From the NCBI GenBank assembly GCA_965237675.1, contig OZ250150.1, forward strand, positions 2,784,001 to 2,848,000: DNA of 64,000 nucleotides, read 5' to 3'. Below are positions 61,803 to 64,000 of this stretch, one piece after another (the stretch's first letter is position 1; every line of letters begins with the position of its first letter). The notes beneath the pieces were generated by a model. The model had not been told where the DNA came from. It saw nothing but the letters and a program-made list of their open reading frames with translations, and did not search any database. The DNA is from Candidatus Latescibacterota bacterium. Lineage in GTDB: Bacteria; Latescibacterota; UBA2968; GCA-2709665. A program made the position numbers and the translations under genes.

Positions 61803-62925
61803 GACACGGCGTCAGGCGGGAAGCGGCGGTCATTTCCCGCACCAACGACTGGGCATCGCCTGTTTTTTTCAGGATTTCCACCTGTCGCTGCGCCCAGGTC
61901 GGGCTGGACGCCAGATCCAGATTCCGCTCCAAGTAGGGAACGCAATCCAGGTCCCGGGCGGTCGGCTTCAGTTGATCGACCAGACGTCTTACGAGTTCGC
62001 GCGCCGGCTGTAGCTGGTAGGTGTCGGAGTCGACAAGCTGCGCGTCGAGCCCGTAACGGGCCGCGCGCCACTTGTTCTGCCGTATGAGCATGGGGTGACA
62101 GTCGTGCTGATAGGCGCCCTGGTCGATGTGGTCGGAAAGGTATTTGATGAGGGACTGCATCAGCGCGACAAGGCCCAGGGTATCGTGGAAGTTGCCGGGA
62201 ATATCGCAGATGCGGATTTCGACCGTTCCGAATTTGTTGTGGGGGCGGACGTCCCACCAGATTTCCCGTATGGTCTCTATGTAACCCGTTTCGACGAGGT
62301 GATTGACCAGCCAGACATATTCACTCCAGTTTCGCATCAGCGGCGGCAGACCGGCGGTGGGCAGGCCGTCCATGATCTTGGACCGCCATGAGCAGACACC
62401 CGTGTTCCGACCTTCCCAGAATGGACTGTTGCAGCTCAATGCCAGCAGGAGCGGCAGGTATCGTAAAATGAACTCGCAGATCATCACCGCCTTGTCGCCG
62501 CTGTCCACTCCCACGTGCACGTGCAGGCCGAACGTGACCAGTTGGCGAGCCGTGTCCTGCAGCAGGTCGACCAGGCCCGCGTATCGTTTGTTGCGCGTGA
62601 TCTCCTGGTCTCGCCAGGTAGAGAATGGATGGGTTGCCGACCAGTAGAGTCTCACGCCCTCCTTATCCGCAACGGCCTCGAGCGCGCACAGCTTTTTGCT
62701 GAGATCGGCTTCGACCTCCCGGACGTTCATACAGACGTCGGAATTGATTTCAACGTAACACTGCATCAGTTCCGGCTTGATCGATCCGTGGAGGTGCGGC
62801 GGCACCCGAGCAAGAAGCCTCTCGCTGGCGCTGCAAAGGCGCATCGTACGATTGTCCACCAGCGCCAGTTCGATTTCGACGCCAACCGTGGGCTTCCGGC
62901 TGGGGTTGAATACCATCCCGCTCAT
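61732..62925 (-). CDS. ybdK: YbdK/GCS2 carboxylate-amine ligase
   Basis: [44 protein letters not shown]. Confidence 0.9.
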   Translation of the reverse strand: MSGMVFNPSRKPTVGVEIELALVDNRTMRLCSASERLLARVPPHLHGSIKPELMQCYVEINSDVCMNVREVEADLSKKLCALEAVADKEGVRLYWSATHPFSTWRDQEITRNKRYAGLVDLLQDTARQLVTFGLHVHVGVDSGDKAVMICEFILRYLPLLLALSCNSPFWEGRNTGVCSWRSKIMDGLPTAGLPPLMRNWSEYVWLVNHLVETGYIETIREIWWDVRPHNKFGTVEIRICDIPGNFHDTLGLVALMQSLIKYLSDHIDQGAYQHDCHPMLIRQNKWRAARYGLDAQLVDSDTYQLQPARELVRRLVDQLKPTARDLDCVPYLERNLDLASSPTWAQRQVEILKKTGDAQSLVREMTAASRLTPCPIPPRGVVCTRPASLLPPRPSAR

Positions 62926-64000
62926 CGATTTGCCTCGCTGTCGCTCGTTTTCGATTCCGACCAACGTACAACCGCGCGCGCCAGAATCTTTGCGCCGATG
63001 GCCAGCGCGCGTTCGTCGATGTCGAATTCGGGCGAATGCAGGCCCGGCCCGGCCGACGTGGGAGCAGAGCATCCAAGGCGAAACAGACTGCCTGGAACGT
63101 GGTGGAGATAATGGGCGAAATCATCCCCTCCCATGCTGGGCTGCCCGATATACTGAACCCGGTCGGCCCCGAGCAGATCGACCGCGCACTGCCGGATCAC
63201 ATCGGTCAGACCCGGATCGTTAAGGACCGACGGAGGGCCCGACTTGAACGTGATTTCAATTTCCGTGCCGGACAACCGCGCCACCCCCTGCGCGATCTCC
63301 CGCACACGGTCCATGGCCAGGCGGCGCGCATCGTTGTCGAGGCTGCGTACGGTGCCCTTGAGCACCGCGCGATCGGGAATCGCGTTGTAGCGCTTACCGG
63401 CGGTAATGGAGCCGACCGTGAGGACCACGGTATGTTGCGGATCGAGCGACCTCGGCACCGTCACGTAGAGTGCGTTGATCAACTGGGCCGCCGCGGCAAT
63501 GGGGTCCCGGGATTCGTAGGGGCGGGCCGCGTGACCGCCGCTCCCCCGGATGAGTACGTGCATTTCATCACAATGCGCGGTGAGAACACCCGATCGCTGG
63601 CCGATGTATCCGGCAGGGCGCGACGGATCCACATGAAGCGCCAGCACCGCGCTGACGCCTTCGAGCGCCCCGGCTTCGATCATTTCCAGGGCGCCCTGGT
63701 TGGTCTCCTCGGCAGGTTGAAAAATGGCCCGCCAGGAAACGGGCCAGGGCAATATTCCGGATTTCGTGGCTGATGCCAGCGCCAGTGCGGCGCCGAGCAC
63801 CGCGGCCGTATGGGCGTCGTGGCCGCACGCGTGCATCACCCCGCGCACGTTGCTGCGATAGTCTACCTCTTTGGCGTCCTGAATGGGTAGCGCGTCCAGG
63901 TCGGCCCTTATGGCGATCTTGGGCCCGGACCCGTTCCCGGCCGCTTCGGCGATCACCCCGCGGCCTGTGGGACCGGTGCGGACATGGAAGCCGTCGGACA
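62922..64000 (-). CDS. M20D amidohydrolase, 5' end outside window
   Basis: RADLDALP, MHACGHDAH, FQPAEE, GGHAARP, LHSPEF; frame stays open to the window edge. Confidence 0.9.
   Translation of the reverse strand, partial: SDGFHVRTGPTGRGVIAEAAGNGSGPKIAIRADLDALPIQDAKEVDYRSNVRGVMHACGHDAHTAAVLGAALALASATKSGILPWPVSWRAIFQPAEETNQGALEMIEAGALEGVSAVLALHVDPSRPAGYIGQRSGVLTAHCDEMHVLIRGSGGHAARPYESRDPIAAAAQLINALYVTVPRSLDPQHTVVLTVGSITAGKRYNAIPDRAVLKGTVRSLDNDARRLAMDRVREIAQGVARLSGTEIEITFKSGPPSVLNDPGLTDVIRQCAVDLLGADRVQYIGQPSMGGDDFAHYLHHVPGSLFRLGCSAPTSAGPGLHSPEFDIDERALAIGAKILARAVVRWSESKTSDSEANR

Overview
GC-rich bacterial chromosomal window, mostly housekeeping and metabolic genes: purF, rnr, sodN, CIRCE-groES-groEL, moeB-mrp-iscS, ftsY, parAB, ppdK, tRNA-Lys(TTT), cysH, cysM-mec-cysO-rrf2-cysK, rpsT, FKBP PPIase, SDR/Gfo oxidoreductases, a pyrH paralogue, purDE and ybdK. 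PhyH, GWxTD, TPR and WD40 proteins plus a shared double EF-hand dockerin-like C-terminal tag suggest a Latescibacterota/Gemmatimonadota-like organism (inference only). The unusual content is as follows. (1) A family of 0.6-0.85 kb non-coding modular elements (7.3, 11.5 and 48.3 kb, with partial copies at 18.3, 42.55 and 49.0 kb). Each has two inverted arms in which fixed anchors enclose variable segments of fixed length (20+30 nt in all four full left arms), and an invariant 32-bp tail. Some copies carry nested GTAG-REP or heptamer-flanked inserts. (2) A cysH-cysM insertion hotspot in which each cassette is bounded by duplicated host sequence, including a 350-bp copy of the cysM 5' end. It carries a tagged peptidase, three broken toxin genes, intact HigA antitoxins, an Mrr_N-fused McrBC and an integrase remnant. 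(3) A lipoprotein combining SLBB, about 30 Tcp10/G-box-like 9-residue repeats and a CAP domain. (4) Small TIR elements fused to TAG stop codons on both sides of cysK. All family assignments come from motif recognition by eye; no database search was run.
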